Part shown: positions 24,969 through 37,330 of the stretch, piece by piece
Layout: each line of letters opens with the position of its first letter
How positions within the stretch are numbered: position 1 is the stretch's first letter
Source of the DNA: Octopus sinensis
Taxonomy: Eukaryota
Direction: 5' to 3'
Length of the DNA stretch: 64,000 nucleotides
Assembly: GCF_006345805.1 (NCBI RefSeq)
Contig: NC_043022.1
Span: 12,028,001 to 12,092,000, forward strand
The notes under the pieces: generated by a model
What the model saw: only the letters and a program-made list of their open reading frames with translations
Databases searched by the model: none
Told to the model about the DNA's origin: nothing
Position numbers and translations under genes: made by a program

Positions 24969-25408
24969 TTCTCAAAGACTTCATCAAGTTTCGCTCGTCG
25001 AGCCTCATACGGCAATTCGTCCAAATCTTCCAGGTCTCCCATGAATATTTCCTGTCGGAACCTCTGGTTCAAATGGCCATCTTGTTCCATTTTCACACCG
25101 TCCAAGTGGTCAGGTACGGCCAGGTTATCGACAGTATCCATATTCAACGACTTGGCCATAACCAGGCAGCTGGACAAGCACCAACTGGACACCAGGACGA
25201 TCACCAATACATTCAGTACACTCCTGTTGGTAAAACCACCCGACTGCCACCTGCTACGACTAAAATCGGTGTTGTGGTCGGCATGGTCATTGATGTTGCT
25301 GTGACGATCACTGATTGTGTTGTTATTGGTACTGGAAGTGGTGGCTGCCATGCATTTCTTTACTTTCTCTCTCATCGAACTGTTGTGATCTAAGTTAGTT
25401 GATAGCAT
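24969..25408 (-). CDS. SDF4: Cab45 coding exon 1
   Basis: ATG at 25408; hydrophobic segment VLNVLVIVLVSSWCLSSCLVMA, then PDHLDGVKMEQDGHLNQRFRQEIFMG, matching the Cab45 PDHLxGVKxExDGHLN signature; donor GAGAA/gtatgt, phase 2. The true start (M1, M12 or M20) is uncertain. Confidence 0.9.
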
Positions 25409-25440
25409 GATGACGTTTGTTTGATGAGGGCTTCACACAT

Positions 25441-26674
25441 CTACATACGTACCGAGGTGTGCGCGCATATACTGTGTATATATATATATATAAGAATGGG
25501 TGGGTGTATATTATATATATATATGTATGTGTGAGTGTGTGTGTATGTGTGTGTGTGCTCTTTGTGTTTGTCCTAGGAGACTACTAAGGTTGTGTTGTAT
25601 ATAATCATGTGTCAGCGGTTTCTAGGGTAGAAACGCGATTGTTTGTGTTTGTATATGGCTCAGCTAAAAAAGCTGTCGATATATAAACATATATATATAT
25701 AAATCCTTTTTATGTATTCAGATGTCAACAGTTAAAGATATTAGGACAAACAATTTTATATGTACCCGTTTACGTATATATATATATATATAATATATAT
25801 AGATCTATATATATATATATATATATATATAGATCTATATATATATATATATATATATATAATAACAAAGTTTGCAGTAGCAAGGGAGCACCCTTAACAA
25901 CGGCAGCAGCAACACTAATTAATAATGAGATTGTATTAAAGACTAGTGTACGGGCTTTTGAGTCTTATTTAGTCGGTAGGTAGGTGTGTTGTTGCTATAA
26001 GGCACAGAATTTCGGCTGAGGGAAGCCGATCTGTGCGAGAGAGATATGCAACGTGGCAGTGACACACCATGGTAGGTTAAGACAGAGCAGCTCTATCATT
26101 CATAATTTCGGGTGGGGGTTTCGAATCTCTCACCATCCTACTACTACTTCCGTTAGCTGCCTCCCCTTCTTTCCTCCCACCATCACTACTACTGACACTG
26201 CTGCTACTTCTCCGTTCTGTCTGTCTGTTTCTTTCTTTCTCCCCCCCCGCTTCGTCCTTTTTCTCTTTATCACACTTTATCAACTACGTAACCGCATATC
26301 TCTATTTTTTAATACGTTCTTCCTCCGCTTCTGGAAAAAAATCCCTCTTTTTTATTCTCTGTCTAACCTTAATTTTTTTTACGAAAAACATAAACAAAAG
26401 CATTACATAGAATATTTTTATTTGTTTTCAATTAAACAGCTAAAGTGAGTAAATATTTCAGTTCAGTTTTGTATAATTCAGAGACAAATATATTTTTTAA
26501 ATATAAGCCCGCAAAGAGTTTATTGTATTTTAGTGTATATAATATACATGCATATAAAAATATATATCGAATATATAGTGCGTATATTGAGTATTTATGT
26601 TGTATATACTGAATATGTTGCATTATAGCATCGATAAATAAGGCGAAAGAATATGTTAGAGTGTTATAAATCCG
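25441..26674. promoter_or_regulatory. Putative bidirectional promoter / 5' UTR region between SDF4 and cyclin L
   Basis: Divergent ATGs at 25408 (-) and 27437 (+); CpG-retaining sequence, CT-rich tracts at 26140-26350, TATAAA at 26665-26670. No TSS can be assigned. Confidence 0.5.
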
Positions 26675-27430
26675 GTGATAGAGAGAAAAGAGTTAGTAAG
26701 CGACAGAGTAATAGAGAGGGTAAGAGTTAGTAAGCGAGTAAGCGAATAGAGAGAGGGTAAGAGCGAGCGAGAAGGTAGGAGGGAGTGAGAACGAGACAAG
26801 ACTGTAAGGTCCTAAGCGAGTAAGTGATAGAGAGAAAAGAGTTAGTAACCGACAGAGTAATAGAGAGGGTAAGAGTCAGTAAGCGAGTAAGCGAATAGAG
26901 AGGGTAAGAGCGAGTGAGAAGGTAGGAGGGAGTGAGAACGAGACAAGACTGTAAGGTCCTAAGCGAGTAAGTGATAGAGAGAAAAGAGTTAGTAAGCGAC
27001 AGAGTAATAGAGAGGGTAAGAGTCAGTAAGCGAATAGAGAGGGTAAGAGCGAGCGAGGAGGTAGGAGGGAGTGAGAACGAGACAAGACAGTAAGGTCCTA
27101 AGCGAGTAAGTGATAGAGAGAAAAGAGTTAGTAAGCGACAGAGTAATAGAGAGGGTAAGAGTGAGCGAGAAGGTAGGAGGGAGTGAGAATGAGACAAGAC
27201 TGCAAGGTCCTAAGCGAGTAAGTGATAGAGAGAAAAGAGTTAGTAGGCGACAGAGTAATAGAGAGGGTAAGAGTCAGTAAGCGAGTAAGTGATAGAGAGA
27301 AAAGAGTTAGTAAGCGACAGAGTAATAGAGAGAGTAAGAGTCAGTAAGCGAGTAAGCGAATAGAGAGAGAGAGTAAGAGTGAGCGAGAAGGTAGGAGGGA
27401 GCGAGAACGAGACAAGACTGTAAGGTCCTA
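26675..27430 (+). repeat. Purine-rich compound tandem repeat (5 units of 112-218 bp) immediately upstream of the cyclin L ATG
   Basis: The AAGGTCCTA anchor ends at 26814, 26961, 27100, 27212 and 27430; the last is followed by GTCAAG-ATG. Confidence 0.92.
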
Positions 27431-27436
27431 GTCAAG

Positions 27437-27643
27437 ATGTCGTCGGAGAACAAACAGCTTGTGTCTTCTCGTCGTACTTTTAGCAAAGTAGTGATTACTT
27501 TAGAGAATATTCTGCTGCCAGAAGAAAGATTGTCGCCTACACCGTCCATGCAAGATGGTCTGGCCTACGAGGTAGAGATAGATTTACGCATTATCGGCTG
27601 CGAGATGATACAGACCGCTGGTATCTTGTTGAAGCTACCTCAG
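27437..27643 (+). CDS. CCNL1: Cyclin L coding exon 1
   Basis: MSSENK...LSPTPSMQDGLAYEVEIDLRIIGCEMIQTAGILLKLPQ, donor CAG/gtaggt; 207 nt. Typical cyclin L N-terminal cyclin box; a single invertebrate gene would be co-orthologous to CCNL1 and CCNL2. Confidence 0.96.
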
Positions 27644-28279
27644 GTAGGTGGACGACGCCATCTTTGATCCTCTCATGTCTATCACGTTTTTTCCCCCCCC
27701 TTTGCTTTATTTCATCTCTCTCTTCTCGGTCCTTCTCTCGATTCACATACAAAATACATACATTTTTTTCTCTGACGCACACTCTATCCCGATCACTATC
27801 GATGTCCATCTTACTCGTTCTCGTCTTTGAATTATCGCTCGCTCAAACCAATCCTTTTTTTTTTTTTTGCTCTTCTCTCTTCTACTTCTACTTGGCCATT
27901 TCTCGGTCCTTCTTCTTGTCTCTTGTCGCCGGGTATCCCCAGCTTTTACCGTTCGAAAATTCAAATTCCTCTTCTCATTACACATTTTTACCCACATATA
28001 CATACTTAAATAGAACTGTATAAATGCGATTCCTTATTCAAAACATACATCACAACCAACTGATGTATATATATATATATATATATACATATATACACAT
28101 ATATATATATACATATATACAACCAACTGATGTATACATATATACACTTTGCCTTTCATCCTTTCGGGGTCGATAAATTAAGTACCAGTTACGCACTGGG
28201 GTCGATGTAATCGACTTAATACCTATGTCTGTCCTTGTTTAACCCCATGTGGGCAATAAAGAAATATATATATATACAA

Positions 28280-28650
28280 TTTGATTTGAAAACCCCACTA
28301 GAATGGGAAAAAGCGCTAATAATCTGAATGCTATGATATATATATATGTAGAAAATGTAATATATAAATAAATATCTATAAATATGAACCATCTGATCTT
28401 CTGATTACCTCATTTCTTCTAATATATAATACCTGTACATCATCTCCAAACCTTCCAATATATATATATATATATACATTACTCTTTTATGTACATTCCT
28501 TTATGTACACTGATTTGTTCTGGGTTTTTTATATTTAACCCTACAGTCTCTTATGTGGTGGTTTAATAAAGTATGTGATTGAGTATTATCTGGTAATTGA
28601 TATTTGATTTAGATGTATTTCTCCATTTCCTTATCTTGTATGTATGTATG

Positions 28651-28681
<31 letters not shown>

Positions 28682-28828
28682 ATTAGAGGAAATGAGGTAC
28701 TCAGAAAATCGGATGGTTTTATATTTACAGATATTTATTTGTATATTACATGTTTTTATATACATCATATAACTTAGATCATGTATTAGCAGCGCTTTCT
28801 CCCATTCTAGTGGGGTTTTCAAATCAAA
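28280..28828. mobile_element. Fold-back / MITE-like element with about 155-bp imperfect inverted arms
   Basis: The outer 29 bp (TTTGATTTGAAAACCCCACTAGAATGGGA) are perfectly inverted and arm similarity continues to about 28435/28672; no TSD seen. Confidence 0.7.
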
Positions 28829-28865
28829 CTAAGTTCCTGTGTGAGGAGTTTTGACCATTTTATAG

Positions 28866-28866
28866 T

Positions 28867-28945
<79 letters not shown>

Positions 28946-29120
28946 ATATATATGTGTGGTGTGTGTGTGTATATATATGTGTGTGTGTGTATATATATGT
29001 GTGTGTGTGTGTGTATATATATGTGTGTGTGTGTATATATATATATATGTGTGTGTATATATATATATGTGTGTGTATATATATATATATGTGTGTGTGT
29101 GTATATATATATATATATAC
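28866..29120. repeat. Compound (TA)n/(TG)n microsatellite
   Basis: Low-complexity dinucleotide runs. Confidence 0.92.
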
Positions 29121-30723
29121 TATAAATAGTTTTGCCTGATAGCTTCATTAATTCTGAGAAAATATTAAAAACCAGGCACTTATATTAGGTAATGGAGTTG
29201 GTATATCATTTAAACAGTTTTATAAAATTTAGTCTCACTCACACCACACATAAAAATGGTTCTCATCTTCACCTTCCAAGTGTGGAAAGGCAAATTAATG
29301 ATCTTCATACATGGCCAAATAGATTGATATATATATATATATTAACAAAGGGTAAAATTAGTTGATTAAAAAGTAATCAGTAATTTCACCAAGTAGAATT
29401 CGGCATGAAAAAGGACCATTTCATGGTAAGCTTAATTAATACTTTTATAATTAGGGTTCAGCAAAGATTTGCTTCACCACATACCGAAGTTTAGAAATAG
29501 CACTTCTACTTTAAAAGAGACTCCCAGAAAAAATACTTGAAAACAATCCACGCAGGCAAAAAGGAAAAATAAGGAAAATCCATCGATAGATGGGTACATA
29601 GTATGTGTTTATTATATCCTTGGGTACAATCGCGGCCAAAAGAGCAACTTGAATTTAGGACCAAGGATGATACTCGCTCGCTATTTTTTTTTAATGTCTC
29701 CCGATTATTTGATAATTTCTGATTCACACATCATACAGAATGCATTTCCCTTCCTTGTTTTCACACAGTCTTTCTTTATCAATTTAAAATGTCTCTTCAA
29801 GCCAGTATATATATTTTATGGATCAAAGATCCCACATATACGCCTGGTCATATCTCCAGATCATATTCTGACCCCTCTAATCATGTATAATTCAGTCTCT
29901 TTTTGTCAACATCGCAGCCTTCAGATGGCTTTTAAAATATCTCTGAACATTAAATTTAATCCCTTTCTGTTGTATAAGTACTGGGATCTCTCTCATCATA
30001 TTCTTTCTATTTCCTAACCCTTACAAAATATACATCAAACTTTATATATCTGCTGAGAAACATGTTACTTCAATTTCCTTTTTTTTTATGGCCTATTTGA
30101 TAACTTTAATTCAATTTACAAACCAACAGTCGCTATCTCATTTTTTTCTCTGTTAACTGAACTAAAACTAGACCAACTCGGTGTAAACCAGGAGGTCATT
30201 ATCCTATATATACAGACTTGATCATCAACTCAATCTCATTGTTTTAGATCTTGCTTAATATTTTTTCACACAGACCCTTTGCTAAATTTCCTCTCATTCC
30301 AGTTTATATTCTCCCCGACTCCACAATGTTCCTGTCTTTTAAAATACTCCTCTATGGTACCATAATACCATACTGATCTCACCCCTCCTCTCTCTCTCTC
30401 TCTCTCTTGCTGCTTTGGCAACATTATTCCTTTATCCAAAATATACTACTATATATGTATGAGAAAGAACTCCCATTAGATCATCACCAGTTGCCTGAGG
30501 TTGTAAACTTAACGTGCGGGGAAGGGGTGCCCCCACCATCGCCATCATATCTTGAGATTTTTCTGTTCACCAGCCTTAGTAACATCTCTCTCTCTTTATT
30601 TACTGTCATACTAACTAACATTATGTCCGAACTACATTTTGCCCCCCCCCCACCACTATACAGATCATCGTTATTATTACCATCATCATCCATTTGTTTG
30701 TTTCTTTCTTTCTTTTCATCTAG

Positions 30724-30798
30724 GTTGCGATGGCAACGGGACAAGTCCTATTCCAGAGGTTTTATTACTCCAAGTCATTTGTGAAACACAACATGGAG
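30724..30798 (+). CDS. CCNL1: Cyclin L coding exon 2
   Basis: Acceptor tag, [25 protein letters not shown], donor gttagt; 75 nt, phases 0/0. Confidence 0.96.
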
Positions 30799-33697
30799 GT
30801 TAGTTTGAAATATTCAGTTTTCAGAAATCACTTTCATTTCTCACTTGGAAACAAACTTCTCTTCATTCTATATATATATATATATATATAGTATGTCATG
30901 ATTGGTGCCCCGTTACACCTCGCATCAGGAGCTAAGGGACCGACCTCCATCCATCCACCCCAATCTACTCACTTTCTCTATATATAAGCATGTTGTGTGT
31001 AACTTTGGAGTTGATCATGAATTTTTAAAACAGCAACATATTAAAAAAAAAAATTATAGCTGTAATAATTTCTATTTATTAATTTCTTAATGATGAAAAT
31101 GATTTTCCTATAGCTGTTCACATAACTATCTTTTTTTTTCTTTTCTCGTATATATATATATCATCGTTATAGTAATTTAAATGCATAGGAATTCCACAAG
31201 GTGCTTTAATTGAAGAATGGGAGTGTGTGATTTGAGAAAGATTTTCTTGCTATTTTTAGTGGATCGAGCTTATACCATGTAGCTCTTGGCTGATGGATTT
31301 CGTTTGAGATTTCTGAATTCTTTTGACATTATATATAGGAGGATTTCGGCTTGAATTGTTGAAACGTTGTTTGATTTTAGTGAGTATTGGGGTCGTGTGA
31401 CATAAATATATATATATATATATCTATATCGTCCTGTTTGATGTAATGTCCCGAAAATAGAAACATCGAAGCCATTAAAATATTTCTTTGCTTTGTTTAA
31501 AGACGACTTTTTTTTTTCGGAGGAAACCGTTGGTTTTTTTTTCTCTTCTCTTCCCCCCCTCTCTCTCTATATATATATATATATATACACACACACAGTG
31601 TGTTGAACTATAGAAGTGGAAATAATTAAAATTTAGCACGTTAACTGATTAGGATTTTTCTAGCTTCTATTAAGCGATCGTGCCGCCGTTGGTAGATGAG
31701 TGTGTGTGTATGTGTGTTTAATTATAGATGTGGAATTAATATCGTTCATTAACTGTTGATAATCACGTTTATGTGTGTGTGTATGTGTGTTTCTTAATTT
31801 ATTATTCCCCCCTCCTCCTTTGAATGATGTTTGTTGTTTTTCCCTCTTAAGTGGCGAAAGCTGTTTTCCTCTGTTGTAATACACACACAGCAGCAAGTAG
31901 AATGGCCGATTGGGATTCCATTTCATGTTTGAATAGACCAAGCTAGGCTTTTAAATTTAGTTCGTTTTTTATTACATGAACAACAATAAACGTTCACAAA
32001 CCGGCGGCGGCGGCCATGTGGTGGGGGGCAACAACGGTTGACGTGTTTAATTCTTCCTTTTTCCCAATCCCATTTTCACCACCACATCATATGAAGTGTT
32101 TGTTGTAAGTAAGAAAGGAAATGGCTCCATCCATCCATCCACCACCACAAGCAGAGAGCTGCTGATGATGGTTAAATGGTGTCGTCACAGCATCAAGTGT
32201 TTCATCTGTTGTTGTATCGATCCCGGATGTATGAAGGAACATCCGGCATTTGGGAACCTTGACCAAATTTCTAAAACCCGTAATCTATAAAATAATAAAT
32301 ACTAAAAGGCTTGTCTTTTCCGACATCCTACATATTGGCCTCTTTTTCCACCTCGTGGCGACATTTCATATTCTGAAATGATTCGCTTCTGCTCTGGTAG
32401 TAGTAATGATTATAATAATCTATTGCAAACGGTTTATTTTATTAAATTAGCGGTTTAAAATATTGTATAGTGGAGGTGTTTTTTTTTTTTTGCGTTGTAT
32501 ATACCTTGTGTATCTAATTATATCCGTTGAACGATCGGGTGGGTACACAATGCCCCCTTTGTTAGCGATGAATGGCTCATAAAGAAGAGAGAGAGAGAGA
32601 GCTGTGTGATTTTGTTAGCTCTCTTAGTCGGTGGTGGTGGTCGGTAGTGGAATGTTTTTTTCTTTTTAAAATAGTCAACTGAAACGGTGGAGGGTAGGTA
32701 GGTAGGATGGAAGAATATGGTTTGTATGTGTGTGGATAGACACTGAAGTTTATTGTCGGTTAATTTTAATTGTTTCACGTGTTTGTGTGCGAATTCCCCC
32801 CCTCCTTCCATCCTAGATCTGATGATCCAATATGTCTTCCCACCTCGTCTCCTTGGCTGTCTTTATATTTTAATTGATTCTGTTCTGTTCTGTGATCTTA
32901 GACGTACTTCCGTTTGTATGTTCTTTGTTCGATCAACGTCGTTTGTGTGTATGTGGTGTAATCACCACCACCACAACCACCCGTCGATCTGTCTCTGTCT
33001 GTCTCTCTCTCTCTCTCTAGTGCCTATATATAGACGTTGGTACTACCGTACCTCTTTGTCCTACTTACCACCGGAAACATGTAGAGTTTTATGTCTGACT
33101 GGAGTTGTGTGTGTTGCACATATGTAGTTCGTGTGTAGGGCCATCTTCCGACTCGTATATATATATATGTAATCTTTTAGCTCCAGCCCGGAGGCTGCGG
33201 CTACGCTGGGGCACGTCTCTACATACTTAGTGGTTAAGCAGGCGGCCCTAATCCAATTTAATAAATTTAAATCAAGGAAATTGTGGTATAGTGGATGTTT
33301 GAATTTACTCGCCCCTCCTCAACATCCATTTTTCACTCAGCTGGATTCCTTCTCCTCTTCCCTCACTCATGTATATATATGCGTCTTTGACGTCGACCGA
33401 GTATGGTTATTTGGGGGGGGGGTTCGTTTCTACCCGCTCCAACTTATGTAACACAGTTGATGTGTATCGCTACTGACTCATTTGTAAGATGTTCTGTAGT
33501 AGTTGGTGCGTGTACTCGTCCTCCACTGCCAAAAAAAAAAAAGAAAATTATCTATAATAACTGATTGTTCATTGTTATAAATAAAAATCAAGGGTTCTGT
33601 GTTTTATTGCCAAAATGTGTTGCTCAGTGAAGTAGTAGTAGGAAGTATTGTGTGCTTTGACTCCCTAAAATCAGCACTGATTGCTATGTTGTTACAG

Positions 33698-33807
33698 GTA
33701 GTAGCAATGGCTTGTATGAACCTGGCGTCGAAAATAGAGGAATGTCCTCGAAGGATTCGAGATACGATAAACGTTTTCCATCATATAAAGCAGTTACGAA
33801 GTGGAAA
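33698..33807 (+). CDS. CCNL1: Cyclin L coding exon 3
   Basis: Acceptor ttacag, [36 protein letters not shown](K), donor gtgagt; 110 nt, phases 0/2. Confidence 0.96.
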
Positions 33808-34999
33808 GTGAGTATTGCCTTCAGTATATTTCTATTTTTTATCATTGTTGTTGTTGTTGTTTTTAAATGCCATAGTGTTTGTTCTATGTTATTTGCAATA
33901 AAATAGCTCAGATCTAAATTTAACGGATTCAAAGAATCCAGGAAATTAATTTTGGTCATCATTAACGTCATTAAAAGATGGTGTGACTATTGATAGGCCT
34001 AGACTTTCTCTCACTCACTCTCTCTCTATCTTTTTGAGAAGTGAAAAGACATTTATATTTGTGTCTTGTGGCATGGATTAAGGCTTTTGACTTGTCACAT
34101 GAATTTTTATGTTGGCTTTTAAGGGTCCGCTTTGAGATCAGCTAGTCTTTATATCCAAGGCTGGTATTATTTCAGAGTCAACATGTTTTGAGTAAAGGAC
34201 CATGTTTCATGGTTAGTAAGTATTTTCTCAATGGTTACTGTAACAAAAGATGTCCTCCCACGAAAGACTAACGAGTGGCTATGTAGAATATGTTTCTGGG
34301 AATAATGAGAAAAAGCGGAGGGTGGGTGATTAGCTAAGTCAGTATATGTTGACCAATTCTGTTTTTCCAGAGTGCCCTGTCCTTGTTTTCACTAAAGATG
34401 GAATAATTTTTCATAAGATACCAGAACACTTTGTTGAGTGTCTAGCACTGGGACTGGATAAATTTAGAGAAGAGAGCTGGGGAATTGTCTTATTGAAAAA
34501 TGTCGAATATACCCAGGGCTTCATTGCTAGTCCCCTAGATAATGAAGAGTTAATTGGTCTTGGGGACCCTCCTTGAGGTGTTACAGTTGCTTAGTTCATC
34601 TCAGCTTTGAGTATTCATCATCATTGCTTGACCGCTCAAGCTTTTTTTTTTTTTGAAAAAAAGCTTTGAGTATATAGATCTATGATAAAAGCCAATCCAG
34701 ATGTGACAATCCCTGTCTTTTATCCAGGCAGTGTATCTAGGGTTACATTATCTTATATTCTTTTTGAAGACAGTAGGTGTGTTTTGAGGGAGATATGGTT
34801 GCTTTTTCTAGCAGGTCGTGTAGAGGTTTCCCTCAGTGGCTTGACCCAACATGTAAGTGGTTAAACAGAAGTGATGACCTCCTAACTCTAAAGAAACATT
34901 TGTTCCAGTAATTTCTATGTAAATATTGAGATCTTCCTAAATACTTCCCTCCCTCCTAGGAGTTTGAAAAAACTGTTAATATATGTATATATATGTGAA

Positions 35000-35332
35000 G
35001 GCGCGTAGCTCAGTGGTTAGAGCGTCGAGCTTACGATCGTGAGGTTGTGAGCTCGAATCCCGGACCGGGCTGCGTGTTGTGTTCTTGAGCAAGACACTTT
35101 ATTTCACGTTGCTCCAGTTCACTCAGCTGTAGAAATGAGTTGCGACGTCACAGGTGCCAAGCTGTATCGGGCCCCTTTGCCTTTCCCTTGGACAACATCG
35201 GTGATGTGGAGAGGGGAGGCCGGTATGCATGGGCGACTGCTGGTCTTCCATAAAACAACTTTGCCCAGACTTGTGCCTTAGAGGGTAACTCTCTAGGTGC
35301 AAACCCATGGTCAGTGTCTGACCGAAGGGGGT
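35000..35332 (+). mobile_element. tRNA-derived SINE family C, well-preserved head
   Basis: GGCGCGTAGCTCAGTGGTTAGAGC...TCGAATCCC head followed by the TTGAGCAAGACACTT...CAGCTGTAGAAATGAG body; its 3' part differs from the 14383 copy. Confidence 0.85.
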
Positions 35333-37330
35333 CATCATATATATGAATATTGAATGCATGTGTATATTTGCAAATTGAATGCATGTTTGTATGTATATAT
35401 AATATATTCATATTATGTATAACATAATATGCATATTGAATGTGTATGAATATGTATAACCCTGTTATTTAACCATTGGTTGCTTTTTTGCATTTTTGCA
35501 TTCTAAGTAAACCAGTTTGCTGATAACGGGTTTTTATATTTGAGAGAATGTTTAATTAGCATGAAACACCTTTTTAATTGGAATAGTATTGTTATTAAGG
35601 CGGCAAGCAGAACAAAATGTTTTTGTGGCATTTTTTTCTGGCTCTTGATGTTCTGAGTTCAAATACCGCCAAGGTCAACTTTGCCTTTCATCCTTCCAGG
35701 GGTCGATAAAATAAAGTACCAGTCGAGTAAGTACTGGGGTTGGTGTAATCGACCGACTTCCTTCTCCCTAAAATTGTTGGCCTTGTACCAAAACTTGAAA
35801 CCATTGTTGTTGTTGCTATTATTGCAACCAATTTTGCTGCTGCTCCCATCTCAAATCAGTTGACTTTGACTCAGATTTTCCTTTTTTTTTCTTTTTTTTA
35901 AATTTTTTGCACCTTTTTTTCCTCAAATATTTATTTCAGTATAAATTAATTGGTGTAATTGAGTGTTTTAACTCACTTATGGTCAGTATATGGAGATGTA
36001 TATATATATATATATATATATATACACGCACCAAACTGTTTTCCATATGAAATGTCATCTTTTCTGCTTTTCCATCCATCCATCCTTCCCCCCGGGTATT
36101 TTTCATTTGTCAAATGGTTGTGGTAGGGTGGTTACATTACGTTTTAATTTTAATAAATATTTGTCTGTATATTGTTATGATGTATGTAAAAATGTTTAAC
36201 TAGTTTTGCTTAAATTAGAAGATGCTCATCTATTTATGATGTTACTGTTGGTAACACTTGACCATCTCTGATTGGGTTTTCTTTTTTGCTGCATTGCACA
36301 GCTCTAAATGGAGTGTCAATGATGTTACCTGGCTGATCCTGTGTGGTCATGGGCTAGACACGTCGTCTCCTCCACTGGCTTTACCTGGCTCATGAACCAC
36401 ATCCTAGATGCCATGGTTTGTATATTATCTGCACTGTCAGCAGAACTCAGAAACTGTGATGGAATTCCCTTCTCTGTTTTCTTTCTTTTTTTTTTTCTCC
36501 TTTCTTTTTCTCTTCTATTTTCCTTTTTTTTTTTTCCTTTCTTTTTTTCTTTCAAATCTCTTGCTCTACTGAGTTGGAGTAATTGTTTTGCATTTAACTG
36601 ATAAGTATTTCTTATGGTTACTTACTTTGTTACAACAGAAACGAAGGAGCCTCACTCTACTTTCACATATTTTAGATAAAATAATAATTTAAATATTGCA
36701 GACATTTATTTTTAATTTGTAACAATATTTTTTTAAAAAGTCTTAAATATAAATGAAAAAAATTATTTAGTGTTAAAGTTTATACATTGAAGTTAGTCAC
36801 TGTAATATAAAAACTATTTTTTAATAATTTTATTAGATTATTTACATTTTTGGTCCTTTTAATTTTTAACAAAAATATAATATTTAATTTGAAGAAAAAA
36901 TTTATTTGAAATAAAATTTGTTTATTTTTTGTCTGCAACTTTATAATTGAAGAAAAAAAAAAAATTTTAATTTAATTCAATCCTAAAATTAACTTTTAAT
37001 AGTTGAAGTGTATTTGTAATTTGTTTGACAAGATGTGTAAACAGGGGCGGCTTCAATCGAGACTCAACAGTAAGGAAATTTGTCTTCTGGAAGATCTCTC
37101 TGCAAATTCATGTCATATATGTTATTCAAGTTATTCTACCAGATAATGAATGATAAGTGTGCATGTGTGTATATGTATCATCAGATACAAATGAGTAGCT
37201 ACAGGCATATAAAGAAAAATGTTGGGCTCAGGCACAACTCTTTGCTACAGTTCGTGCCTTTCAGGGAAAAATCAATTTTACATGAACATCTTTCTTAAGG
37301 ACTTAAAACTTTGTATAGTTAATACTTTAA

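Noticed and set aside
35000-35075. tRNA-Val(TAC)-like gene
   Set aside because: Acceptor, anticodon and T stems do not pair, and the sequence continues into the SINE family C body.
36318-36420. Box C/D snoRNA (ATGATG...CTGA)
   Set aside because: Imperfect C box, CTGA only about 10 nt later and no terminal D box or closing stem at a suitable distance.
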